DNA of 25,407 nt from NCBI GenBank assembly GCA_030668065.1, contig DAOUUS010000001.1:1-25407 (forward strand), written 5' to 3'. The notes below the pieces were generated by a model that saw only the letters and a list, made by a program, of their open reading frames with translations, searched no databases and was not told the DNA's origin. The position numbers and the translations under genes are program-made. Of this stretch, positions 1 to 9,410 are shown piece by piece. Positions within the stretch are counted from its first letter, which is position 1; every line of letters starts with the position of its first letter. This stretch comes from Candidatus Methanophagales archaeon (GTDB taxonomy: Archaea > Halobacteriota > Syntropharchaeia > Alkanophagales > Methanospirareceae).

Positions 1-1
1 T

Positions 2-58
2 ATTGACCAAGACTACTTTAACTTTCGGAACCGCTGCCCGATACTGAAAGGGTTATGA
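2..58 (+). CDS. possible 3' end of an upstream gene entering from the left edge (...IDQDYFNFRNRCPILKGL*)
   Basis: Open frame from base 2 to TGA at 56-58, convergent on the next gene. Too short to identify. Confidence 0.3.
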   Translation: MDQDYFNFRNRCPILKGL

Positions 59-188
59 GATGCTTGAGCGGTATGAGGTGAAAGTCTCACGTACCGTTCT
101 GAGATGAGAAGGGGCGGGTAACCGCCCTATTCTTAATCTGCGGCTATCATTTTCGTTTTTCTTTCTTGATAAAGCAGGCATACGATAT

Positions 189-2522
189 TCAAAGCCGTTT
201 TTTACGCTTCTGTGGTGGCCACTGCGGCTTTTTACGCTTCGCACTTGCTAGCCCTCCTCGGCGTGGTCGTGCCAGCCCTGATGGCTCTTCCTTTCTGCTC
301 AATATAACCCATGCTGCGCCACCCACCACGAGCAGACCGGCAACAATAAAAGCAACCTTGAATACTGGTCGTTTCAGCGCTTCTGCCAACGTCACATTCA
401 CGCTTTCGTTATCGCTCTGATTCGCAGGCTCTTCGACTGTTGGCAGTGCCGGTGTGCTGAAATTTATTACTGGCTCGTCCGTCAGAATAATGTTTAGTGT
501 TGTTGTAACCTCGTGCCCATCGTTATCCTTTGCAGTCACCAGGTATTCACCTATCTTCGCAGTCGCGGTGCCGAATGATGTCTCGAAAGTATTATAGAAC
601 GTTTTAGTGTCGGCTTTTACCTCGATAACCTGTGGTTTTAAGTTCGTAGGACCTTCTACGGTAACTACTATTTGCGTTTCAACTTCTCTATTTGAAATTC
701 CGGTGACTTTGAGTTCGGTGCCAAGCAGCACGTTTTCTATCGCATCGAGTCTTATAAAACCATTTTCTACTTTTAGCGTTACTACGCATAAGAGGTCGTC
801 ACTTCCTGGTTGGCCCACTGTATTATCCATTAAATAAGCAAGAATCTCTTCCTGGGTCTTAGTTACAAGAGAAATGCTGTAATTGTGTGTTATAGCCTTT
901 AACAGATTATTTGTGCCGGTTTTTGTGCCCCATACACCATCTTTTCCATAGTTGAGTACTGCTATTTGATACATGCCTGTGTCCGCGCCCCTGTCAACTT
1001 TTATTTTGTCTGTTTCAAATGTTCCATCTGTGGATATACCGGATGTTAAGTAAGTAAGACCAGGGGCATTCAATGCCCCATTAGTTTCGTTTACGATATC
1101 GTTGGGGTCTAATCCGTGACCACTACCGCCTTTGGGTCCAATTGTCATAACATCCACGCGGTCCCTGCCCGGCACAGTTCCTTTTATCGTGAAGTCATCA
1201 CCCTGGGCAACAAACTCTTTATCCACCTCGGCATTCAATCCGCCTCGTAATAGTATTATGGTTACGGAAGCATCAGGAAGGTCATAAAAAGGGTCAGAGA
1301 ACAGTGATTCCGGTGTGCCTACAACCCACATTGCAATCTCATGCGAGCCTAACGTTTCACCCTCTGTTTTCCAGCTATATTTGGAACTCGTTATGTCATC
1401 ATCATCCCATTTGACCACTTCATCATCAATTTTAAGCACTAACTTATCACCAGCAGTTGCAGAACCGGTAATCACCACTTCCTCGCCAATAGAATAAGTT
1501 GATTTATCGGTTTTTAGTTCCACGGTGTACGGCGCAATTTCTACAAATATGCTATCGGTGGTATTAGCAATGAACTCGATTGCTGTGATTTCATACGAGC
1601 CAATAGCCTCAAAATATGCCTTCCTTTCAAGTTTACCATTTTTATCTGCCACCCCTAAAATAGTGCTCCCTACTTCTTTTCCCTGTTCATTTTTGAAGAA
1701 CACCTTTGATGGCAGACCCCAGGTTACATTTAGCATAACATGGGTATGGGGCGTAGTCTCAATCGAAAAAACTATATCCTTTGTAACTATCTCTTTTGGC
1801 GGTTTTGCGTCTATTGTGATTCCTCTGCTTCTCACATCAAACGATACCGAAGGACCTTCTGCATCGAGTCCATTATTTGTATCTGGATCGGTTTCAATGC
1901 TGAGCGTGTACGTACCGATGTCCAGCCCCGTAGTGTTTATTATTATAGAAGTCCCACCTGTACTGTCGACACTAATATTTGTAAGAGTTTTCCCATGCAC
2001 CGCATACATTTGCACACCTTGAGTGTCTAAGAGCTTATAGGTAATATTGTTTGGCTGCATCCCTTTAATCATATTTAGTTTTGTAGTCGCGTTAAATGTT
2101 ATATTACCACCCCTTGTAACCCACGAAAAATCCTCACCATTTACCTTAGTTTCCACTTTTAACTGATTTGCAGGTGAGTAGAATGTCACGCGCGTAGTTT
2201 TCCTGTTATCAACTATAACGTCATAATCTCCCTCAATCAGATTATCCTTCACGGCTTTAGAACTAGAATCAAACGGTGTACCAAAGGGAATATTTATATT
2301 ACTGCCTTCCCATGTGCTCTTTAGTTTACCCGAAGGTATCGAAGCCCCTGTGCCGTCAACAAATCGCAGGTTCGTCTCACCGATGAATGCAGAGGAATTT
2401 GCGTCACCAATAGCCCTTCCTACCTCAGGACTAACACCAGCGTTTGCAGGTGCAATAAGAACAACCAGAAGTATAATAAGAATGAATGCGGACAGCCCCA
2501 CCATCTTTTCGCGTTTACTCAT
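189..2522 (-). CDS. secreted, membrane-anchored S-layer-like cell-surface glycoprotein (resembles DUF3821 / Methanomicrobia S-layer-type proteins)
   Basis: Likely start MSKREKMVGLSAFILIILLVVLIAPANA (signal peptide, ATG at 2522; ORF track starts at 2561). Beta-rich T/D/G body with many N-x-S/T sites and motifs AFIGETNL and FVAQGDDFTIKG. C-terminal TM helix (VFKVAFIVAGLLVVGGAAWVILS) followed by a basic tail. Family call from remembered similarity, not a search. Confidence 0.7.
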   Translation of the reverse strand: MSKREKMVGLSAFILIILLVVLIAPANAGVSPEVGRAIGDANSSAFIGETNLRFVDGTGASIPSGKLKSTWEGSNINIPFGTPFDSSSKAVKDNLIEGDYDVIVDNRKTTRVTFYSPANQLKVETKVNGEDFSWVTRGGNITFNATTKLNMIKGMQPNNITYKLLDTQGVQMYAVHGKTLTNISVDSTGGTSIIINTTGLDIGTYTLSIETDPDTNNGLDAEGPSVSFDVRSRGITIDAKPPKEIVTKDIVFSIETTPHTHVMLNVTWGLPSKVFFKNEQGKEVGSTILGVADKNGKLERKAYFEAIGSYEITAIEFIANTTDSIFVEIAPYTVELKTDKSTYSIGEEVVITGSATAGDKLVLKIDDEVVKWDDDDITSSKYSWKTEGETLGSHEIAMWVVGTPESLFSDPFYDLPDASVTIILLRGGLNAEVDKEFVAQGDDFTIKGTVPGRDRVDVMTIGPKGGSGHGLDPNDIVNETNGALNAPGLTYLTSGISTDGTFETDKIKVDRGADTGMYQIAVLNYGKDGVWGTKTGTNNLLKAITHNYSISLVTKTQEEILAYLMDNTVGQPGSDDLLCVVTLKVENGFIRLDAIENVLLGTELKVTGISNREVETQIVVTVEGPTNLKPQVIEVKADTKTFYNTFETSFGTATAKIGEYLVTAKDNDGHEVTTTLNIILTDEPVINFSTPALPTVEEPANQSDNESVNVTLAEALKRPVFKVAFIVAGLLVVGGAAWVILSRKEEPSGLARPRRGGLASAKRKKPQWPPQKRKKRL

Positions 2523-2560
2523 GAGATTCCACACCCATGATAATAAATTAACTACAACCA

Positions 2561-2571
2561 TATATATAAAA
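2561..2571 (-). promoter_or_regulatory. putative TATA box of the S-layer-like gene
   Basis: Minus strand reads TTTTATATATA, ~40 bp upstream of the ATG at 2522. Confidence 0.45.
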
Positions 2572-2576
2572 GTCTA

Positions 2577-2736
2577 GTGTTTGTTTAGCTAACCACAGAT
2601 CACACAGATTTTCACGAGAAGACAATACTCTGGATCCTGCTTAAGTACACTATTGGTTTTTTATTCCCTGTTAACCCAAAAATCTTGTGGTAATCTCGTG
2701 AAATCTCGTGGTTTTTTACCCCTGCTATACAAATAC
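2577..2736. mobile_element. MITE-like element A, complete copy (160 bp)
   Basis: Flanked by 8-bp direct repeat AAAGTCTA (2569-2576 and 2737-2744). Imperfect 13-bp TIRs GTGTTTGTTTAGC / GTATTTGTATAGC (11/13). Internal CACAGATT/CACGAGATT periodic arms. ~94% identical copy at 13640-13763 and a partial inverted copy at 23693-23755. No ORF. Confidence 0.75.
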
Positions 2737-2879
2737 AAAGTCTAAGGTTAAAACAGGGGAACAACAAAGCATCCAAAGGAAAATTTTTATGTGTTCTAGC
2801 CACATGTTATTTATAGATATACGATATAGTGATAATATACAGATAAACTATGGAGGTTAATGGGATGAGCGAGGGTGGA

Positions 2880-3834
2880 ATGAAATCGCATTTGGTTCTT
2901 CTGTTGAAACTTGTGATTACCGTTTCAGCTATGCTAATCCTGATTTTACCGGCTGTAAATGCTGCCGACATTAGCCTTATCTCCAGGATAGGCGAACCGC
3001 ATGTAGGAAATGAGGTTACTATATCAGGTACCATCACTGCTATTTCCAATAACATCGAGACGGATAACGTTCAAACATACGAGCCGGGAGAGGCATATAA
3101 AGAAATTATTCTCGTCTTTATACATACACAACGACAAAATAAAAACATATGAGGTAGGAGAAGTAGCCGCTATTCTGATGCTGGATGATACAACCGGCAA
3201 GATATTGGTGAGTGTTGAGCCTTTGCTTTTTTAAAAACCATTCCTCGAAAGCCAAAAGGTGGTGGTAACAGGATTATATGCCGGTAATGCCAATATGCCG
3301 GATGTAAAAGGCTTAATTTATGCCGACCGGGTGCACCCGTACATGGAACTTGGCTATCGCGCGGTGACAATTAAAGAACTTCTGGACAACCCCTTGCTTT
3401 ATTTCCAGTCGCCCGTGTGTATAGAAGGAAACGCAACACAAATAGTCCTCGCAGCCGGTAAGACTGATTTGAAGGTTGATGACGGTACGGGTACGATAGA
3501 TGTTTTATATCGAAAAGAACTGGACGACCTGAAGATAGACGAAGGGGTAATAATAGAAGGCGAATTTCAACGAAATACGATATATGCGTTTACGGTAACG
3601 CCCGAGCATCCCGAGCCGACACCGAGTCCATCTCCGAGTCCTAGCTTGAGTCCGACACCCGCACCCACGCCCGCAGCACCAACAACGCCGAGCACTACCT
3701 TTACTCCGGTGCCTATGGAAGAAGAGGGTTTGCCGTTTATATACCTAATTGTGATTATCATTGCAATCGCAGCGGTTGGTGTATTCGGTGCAATCAAGCT
3801 ACGAAAGTGGCTCATGTTCCGGCGTTACGGTTAA
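2880..3834 (+). pseudogene. disrupted secreted, membrane-anchored protein with two OB-fold-like domains and Pro/Thr linker
   Basis: Signal peptide (MKSHLVLLLKLVITVSAMLILILPAVNA). Removing one copy of the ATAC duplication at 3120-3127 joins frame 2880 to the 3010/3259 frame. One in-frame TAA at 3232-3234. OB-like motifs (VTISGTI...LDDTTGKI; VCIEG...VDDGTGTIDV...VIIEGEF), PSPSP/TP linker, C-terminal TM helix plus RKW. Confidence 0.7.
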
Positions 3835-3884
3835 ATACGCATGCGTAGGACGTTGTTACGGTAAAAGGTTGAACTAAAGAGTTT

Positions 3885-5747
3885 ATGAAGATGAAGTTAG
3901 GTGCAGGTAAGAAAAAAGCGAAGGCCCGAGGACCAACAGCAAAGCCGAGCGTGAAGAAGGCGATTAGTGCGCTGAATGGAATCGAAAAAGCTGAGAAGAT
4001 ACAAGAGAAGATAGTGGTGAAGAAGAAGGCGATTACAGAACGCGCAAGGTCAAAGAATGATGAGACGCTAATAAAACGTGCGGAATCCGAAGAACAAGCA
4101 GCAATCGCTGTTTTAGAGCGGATACGTGCAGATAAAAATCGTGCCGAGACCGAACTGAAGAGTATAACTGCCGGTACCGCACCAAAAAAGGCTGAATCGG
4201 CTATTGCGGATAGCAGCAGCAGAGCCGGTATCACAGAACCAAAAGTCGAATCAGATTCCCCGCCCGTATCTATCATATCCACAGAAGAACAAGAGCAGGA
4301 AGACGAGGGAGAATACAGAGAAAAGTATCCCGTCATTGAACCTTATGCGTACGTTACGATCACCAAGGACATTCCGCCCTTATACAAAATTTTGGAGGTA
4401 CAACTTACGAAAGGCGAAGAGGAACTGTTAAGCGAGCTGAAAACACGGTTATATGCGACGATAGACGTGAGTTATTCAGGTGTGGAGGACGTAGAGAAGT
4501 TACTGAAAGAGAAAGTGGATGCGATTGTTGCTGATTTGTCGTTGGGGCAAACATTGACTTCCGATAGTCTGGATAAGATATTTTATTACATAAAGCGCGA
4601 TTTCTTGGGTTTCGGAAAGCTTGACCCTCTCCTGAACGATACAATGTCCGAGGACATCTCCGCAGATGGGCCCGGAATTCCTGTGTTCGTCTATCATCGT
4701 ACTTATCACTCAATAGAAACGAACGTCATATTTGAGAAGGAAGAATTAGATTCGCTTATTTATAAAATGGCGCAGCGGTCGGGGAGACACATATCACTGG
4801 CTAAGCCGCTGCTGGATGCCGCTCTGCCCAGCCAGGATAGATTACAATTGAGTATTGGATCAGAAGTCACGACAAGAGGGTCAACATTTACGATAAGAAA
4901 ATTCAAAGAGGTTCCTATTACTGTGATAGACCTTGTAAATTCCGGCACGTTCTCGCTGGAAATGATTGCTTATATCTGGATGGCAGTAGATAATGGCTCC
5001 AATATTCTTATCGCGGGTGGCACGGCATCGGGGAAAACAACGGTTCTAAACGCTTTTGCCATGTTCATAGCACCAGAGAGTAAAGTAGTCTCCATAGAAG
5101 ATACGCGCGAGATAAATTTGATTCACGACAACTGGATCCCATCAGTGACGAGAGAGGTGGAAGAGGGTGCGAAAGGCGTAGAAATGTTCGATTTGCTAAG
5201 GTCCGCGCTCAGACAAAGGCCGGAATATGTTCTTGTGGGCGAAGTAAGAGGTAAAGAAGCGCACACGCTTTTCCAGGCGATGGCGACCGGACACGTCACG
5301 ATGTCAACGGTTCATGCGGACTCCGCGGATACCGTAGTAAAACGGCTGACGAAAGAGCATATTAACGTCCCTTTAATGCTACTCGACAGCCTGAACATAA
5401 TACCACTCCAGAAGATGGTGAAAATTGGCACTAAATCAACCAGGAGATGCACGAAGATAGTAGAAGTGTTAGGCGTAGATTTTGAGAGCGACTCGCTGAG
5501 GACGAACGACCTATTCACGTGGAGACCACCGGATGAGTTCGAATTCACGGGCGAATCCTCAATCTTCGTCAAGATTATGGAGAAGCTAAATATGACCGAG
5601 GATGCTTTGGGCACTGAGTTTGCACGCAGGAGAAGGATTCTGGCAGGGCTGCAAAAGAAGGGCATGACCAATTACCAGTCTCTGCATAAGATGTTGCATG
5701 ATTATAGGGTCGATCCTCTGGAAACAGAGCAGAGGCTAGGGCTATAA
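3885..5747 (+). CDS. type II/IV secretion system ATPase (VirB11/FlaI/TadA-CpaF family)
   Basis: Walker A GGTASGKT, Asp box SIEDTREI, Walker B VLVGEVRG, His box TGHVTMSTVHA; upstream GFGKLDPLLND...EDISADG motif typical of archaeal members. Confidence 0.93.
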   Translation: MKMKLGAGKKKAKARGPTAKPSVKKAISALNGIEKAEKIQEKIVVKKKAITERARSKNDETLIKRAESEEQAAIAVLERIRADKNRAETELKSITAGTAPKKAESAIADSSSRAGITEPKVESDSPPVSIISTEEQEQEDEGEYREKYPVIEPYAYVTITKDIPPLYKILEVQLTKGEEELLSELKTRLYATIDVSYSGVEDVEKLLKEKVDAIVADLSLGQTLTSDSLDKIFYYIKRDFLGFGKLDPLLNDTMSEDISADGPGIPVFVYHRTYHSIETNVIFEKEELDSLIYKMAQRSGRHISLAKPLLDAALPSQDRLQLSIGSEVTTRGSTFTIRKFKEVPITVIDLVNSGTFSLEMIAYIWMAVDNGSNILIAGGTASGKTTVLNAFAMFIAPESKVVSIEDTREINLIHDNWIPSVTREVEEGAKGVEMFDLLRSALRQRPEYVLVGEVRGKEAHTLFQAMATGHVTMSTVHADSADTVVKRLTKEHINVPLMLLDSLNIIPLQKMVKIGTKSTRRCTKIVEVLGVDFESDSLRTNDLFTWRPPDEFEFTGESSIFVKIMEKLNMTEDALGTEFARRRRILAGLQKKGMTNYQSLHKMLHDYRVDPLETEQRLGL

Positions 5748-5764
5748 GAAGGGAGGAGCAATAG

Positions 5765-6652
5765 ATGTCATCCGGAAATATGAATATAGAGGGAATAGCC
5801 GTAAAGATGTTCGGCAACTACTTCTTGCAACGGAAAGCGAAATTCAGTTCTCTAAGCGAGGACCTCCTAAAAGCACGGTTATACACTACTACGGATAAAT
5901 GGCTATCAAAAGCGGCTTTCTATGCTATCATCGCCGTATCTTGTGTTGTTGGCATGTATATACTGTTCAGACTTATCATATCCCCTGTGCTCGATCTTGG
6001 CCCTTTTGGGTTGATGGATGTTGTATTCATCGTCAGTAGCAGCCTAGTTTCCTTTGTCGTCACTTTCTTTGCCTATTTTTCATACCCGAAGATACTGGCA
6101 TGGGAAAGGGGCACTAAAATAGACAAAACTCTGCCTTATGCCATCGGTTATATATCCGCCATGGCGTCCGTTGGTGTGATTCCCTACAAGATATTCAAGA
6201 AACTATCAGAAGCTGAGGAGACGTATGAGGAAGTGAGCAACGAGATGAAGCTGCTGGTGAGAGATGTGGAACTGCTTGGTTGGGATTTCATGGCGGCACT
6301 GAAAAAACTCGCGGCAATAACACCATCCGCGAATATGCGGACTATGTTGCAGGGCGCAATAACAACAGCCCTTTCCGGCGGTGAAATGGGCGACTATTTC
6401 ATTAATGCTGCGAGTGAGTACATGGGCGAAAGAAGGGCGATCTATGAATCGCTTATTGAGACGCTGGGTTTGTTCGCAGAGGTTTATGTTATAGGGATAG
6501 TGGTTGCGCCGCTGCTGCTCGTAGTGGTGATCTCGATAATGTGTTACCTCGGTAGTGCGACTTTAGAAGTGCTCGCGGTGATTACATATCTTGTCATTCC
6601 GCTCGGTACTGTTACGTTTATCATTCTTATTGGAATGGTCAGTGAGGATTAA
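5765..6652 (+). CDS. type II secretion system F / TadC-FlaJ family membrane platform protein
   Basis: Two N-terminal TM helices, IDKTLPYAIGYISAMAS motif, ELLGWDFMAAL, C-terminal TM pair; directly follows the ATPase. Confidence 0.88.
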   Translation: MSSGNMNIEGIAVKMFGNYFLQRKAKFSSLSEDLLKARLYTTTDKWLSKAAFYAIIAVSCVVGMYILFRLIISPVLDLGPFGLMDVVFIVSSSLVSFVVTFFAYFSYPKILAWERGTKIDKTLPYAIGYISAMASVGVIPYKIFKKLSEAEETYEEVSNEMKLLVRDVELLGWDFMAALKKLAAITPSANMRTMLQGAITTALSGGEMGDYFINAASEYMGERRAIYESLIETLGLFAEVYVIGIVVAPLLLVVVISIMCYLGSATLEVLAVITYLVIPLGTVTFIILIGMVSED

Positions 6653-6676
6653 AAAACTAAAAAGGAAGTGTAGAAA

Positions 6677-7620
6677 ATGGATGAAAAGGACGAGCTTCTG
6701 GCGGCAATAGAAAAGAAGCGAAAGGAGAATGCGATAGTAACTTTTTTCCGTGACCCACTGGGTGTCATCAGGAAAAAACCTATTCGTATTGGTTACATAT
6801 CCGGTGCTATCGGTGCTGTACTTATGCTTTTAATTTATTTTTACGACAAGTCTCACGCCGACTGGACGGGGCTTGTAGCACCTTACGATGCGTACATTTT
6901 GGCAGGTATCGCCGCGCTCGTCCCCCCGGCATATTATATGTACAAGGAAGATACGAGGATAAAGAAAGCGGATAGTGAGTTTCCCCTCTTGCTTCGTGAG
7001 CTCGCACAGGCAAAGCGGGCAGGTCTAACATTAGTGGATTCCTTTGGACTTATTGCGGAAGGTGAATATGGGATACTTACGGAAAGTCTGAGGACTACTG
7101 CGTATCAACTCACCTGGGGTGTCCCGTTCGAAGAGGCGATGAGATTATTTGCCGAGCGGCATCCCACAAAAATGATTAAACGGTCCATAGAACTGATTAT
7201 TGAGGGCTACCGAGTAGGAGGCGATGTTGGCAGCATATTAAAAATTACCGCGGACGACGTGAACGAGGTGAGAGCGCTGGAGAAGAAAAGAGCTACTGAT
7301 ATGATGCCTTACATAGCCATCTGCTACATCACCTTCGGTGTCTTCTTGCTCATCTTAATGGTACTCTACAATACGTTATACCAATGATGTCAGAAGCGTC
7401 GGAAAAAGTGGCGGGGGCGGGCGGAGCGGTAATGGTAAAGGTGGATTCCGAGAAGATGAAGATGATTTTATTCCATTGCGGAATGATCCAGGGCTTTTGC
7501 TCTGGTTTTATGGCAGGCAAGTTAGGGACGGGTAAGGTTATAGCGGGGTTGAAGCATGCGTTGCTATTAGCATTAGGCGCATTTGCTCTTTTTGCGGTTT
7601 TGGAATTTGCACCGATTTAG
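6677..7620 (+). pseudogene. second TadC/GspF-family membrane protein, split by a 1-bp frameshift
   Basis: 6677-7387 (ADSEFPLLLRELA, GVPFEEAMRLFAER, GGDVGSIL) plus 7384-7620 (CSGFMAGKLGTGKVIAGLKH, the usual C-terminus). At 7373-7389 ACG TT ATA CCA ATG ATG: one added base gives a continuous YNTxIPMMSEA frame of ~314 aa. Confidence 0.8.
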
Positions 7621-7650
7621 GTTCTGAGTGCCACCACAAAAATAGGCGCC

Positions 7651-9096
7651 TTAAACCCGCCAGAATGCAGGCGTTAGCAGAACCAAGACGGTAAATAACT
7701 CTAACCGTCCTGCCCACATGCAAAACGACAAGATGAGCTTCCCCATCGCAGGTACTTCGGCGTAATTAAGGAAAACGAATCCGAAGCCAGGTCCAACGTT
7801 GCCAAGAGTTGCCGCTACGGAGGATGTTGCACTGACTATATCCAAACCCATTGCAGCCATAAGTATCGAGCACACTACAAATATCAAGACATAAGCGATA
7901 AAGAATGCGATAATCCCTTGCAGAATATCCTCAGAGATGGGCTTCTTTCCCGTCTTCAGCACAAATATAGCATGTGGATAGAGAATATGACGAATCCTCT
8001 GCATACTGTATTTCAGCAGCACGTAGATCCTGACGACTTTTATGCTACCGCCGGTTGAACCACCACATCCGCCAATGAACATCAGTGCAAATATGACCAT
8101 CTTGGATAAATCACCCCAAGCATCATAATTAGCGGTTGTGAATCCCGTAGTGGTCATGATAGAAATCGCCTGGAATCCGCCGTATCTGAATGCTTCCTGT
8201 AAAGAATCGAAATGATGGACGTATAAGTCTCCGGTTATCAAGATAACCGCTATCAGTATAAACACGCAATAGACCTGAAACTCCTTATTTGCTATTACTC
8301 GCCGGGGATTTCGTATCAAAGAATAGTGCAGGATGAAGTTCATACCCGCGAGAAACATGAACACCGCAATGATCAACTCTGCTAAGGGGTTCATATATCC
8401 ACCGATATTTTCTGTGAGTGGCGAGAAGCCGCCTGTTGGCATCGTGGCGAATGTCGTACACAGGGAATCATACAGGGGTAATTTCGCTACATAAAAAAGC
8501 GCAATAATTTCCGCACATGTCAGTAGCAGGTAAATAGACCAGAGCATTCTTGCCGTCTTCTGAACCCTCGGCCTTATACGCTCGGACATAGGTCCCGGGA
8601 ACTCTCGGTCAAATAACTGGCTGCCGGAAATGCCGAAAGCCGGAAATATAGCAATGAAGAGCAAAATAACACCCATACCGCCAATCCATTGCGTGAAACT
8701 TCGCCATAGTAGTAAGCTCCGGTCAACCTGCTCTAAATTTAGCATTACTGTGGCGCCTGTTGTGCTGAAGCCGGACATTGACTCAAAGAAAGCATCAATA
8801 GGACCAAGTGTAGCGGAGAAGATGAAAGGCAGCGAGCCGAAGATAGCTACAAATAGCCAACCTAAAGCGACAATGGCAAAACCCTCTCGCCTTTTTATCT
8901 CTCCTTGCGTCCCGATCCACTCTAAAATCACCCCGGAAGTGATAGTAATCACAAGCGGGACAATCCAGGTCATAATAATAAATTGCGATAAGATACCCTC
9001 GCCGTACCAAACCCCCACGCAAAGGGGAACTACCATTAAAATACCTAAATACTTCAGGATGGTTCCAATACTACCGAAAACTACTTCTTTATCCAT
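7651..9096 (-). CDS. trkH: Trk system potassium uptake membrane protein
   Basis: Four pore-loop motifs FFESMSGFSTTG, TMPTGGF, TTTGF, TLGNVGPG; GGCGGSTGGSIKVVR; MWAGRLE; 481 aa polytopic. Confidence 0.95.
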   Translation of the reverse strand: MDKEVVFGSIGTILKYLGILMVVPLCVGVWYGEGILSQFIIMTWIVPLVITITSGVILEWIGTQGEIKRREGFAIVALGWLFVAIFGSLPFIFSATLGPIDAFFESMSGFSTTGATVMLNLEQVDRSLLLWRSFTQWIGGMGVILLFIAIFPAFGISGSQLFDREFPGPMSERIRPRVQKTARMLWSIYLLLTCAEIIALFYVAKLPLYDSLCTTFATMPTGGFSPLTENIGGYMNPLAELIIAVFMFLAGMNFILHYSLIRNPRRVIANKEFQVYCVFILIAVILITGDLYVHHFDSLQEAFRYGGFQAISIMTTTGFTTANYDAWGDLSKMVIFALMFIGGCGGSTGGSIKVVRIYVLLKYSMQRIRHILYPHAIFVLKTGKKPISEDILQGIIAFFIAYVLIFVVCSILMAAMGLDIVSATSSVAATLGNVGPGFGFVFLNYAEVPAMGKLILSFCMWAGRLELFTVLVLLTPAFWRV

Positions 9097-9410
9097 ATGC
9101 TTCTTCTTCTTTTTTTAAAACTCTGTGCTAAAAGAAAAAAGGCACAAGTTTCTTTGATTAATATTCTGTTCTAATATAGGGAGGGAAGTTTTTTTTGTTA
9201 TATGACACGGCTAAAATTAAAAGGGTAAGAGGATTTAAGTTTTACCTGCGCGGGAGATGACAACGTGTTCGTGTCGCATAGACACAAGAGAAAGAGAAGG
9301 GCAGTCATACCGAAAGAAGATAAGGTTAATATAGAACTTATAAAAGGGTTTGACCCGATTTAGGATACTTAGAAGCGCTCTTAGTAAAGCGTCTCTCAGT
9401 AAGGAAAGGT

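Noticed and set aside
3885-7620. Archaellum (flaI/flaJ) operon
   Set aside because: No archaellin, flaH or flaF/G genes nearby, and two separate TadC-type genes rather than one FlaJ.
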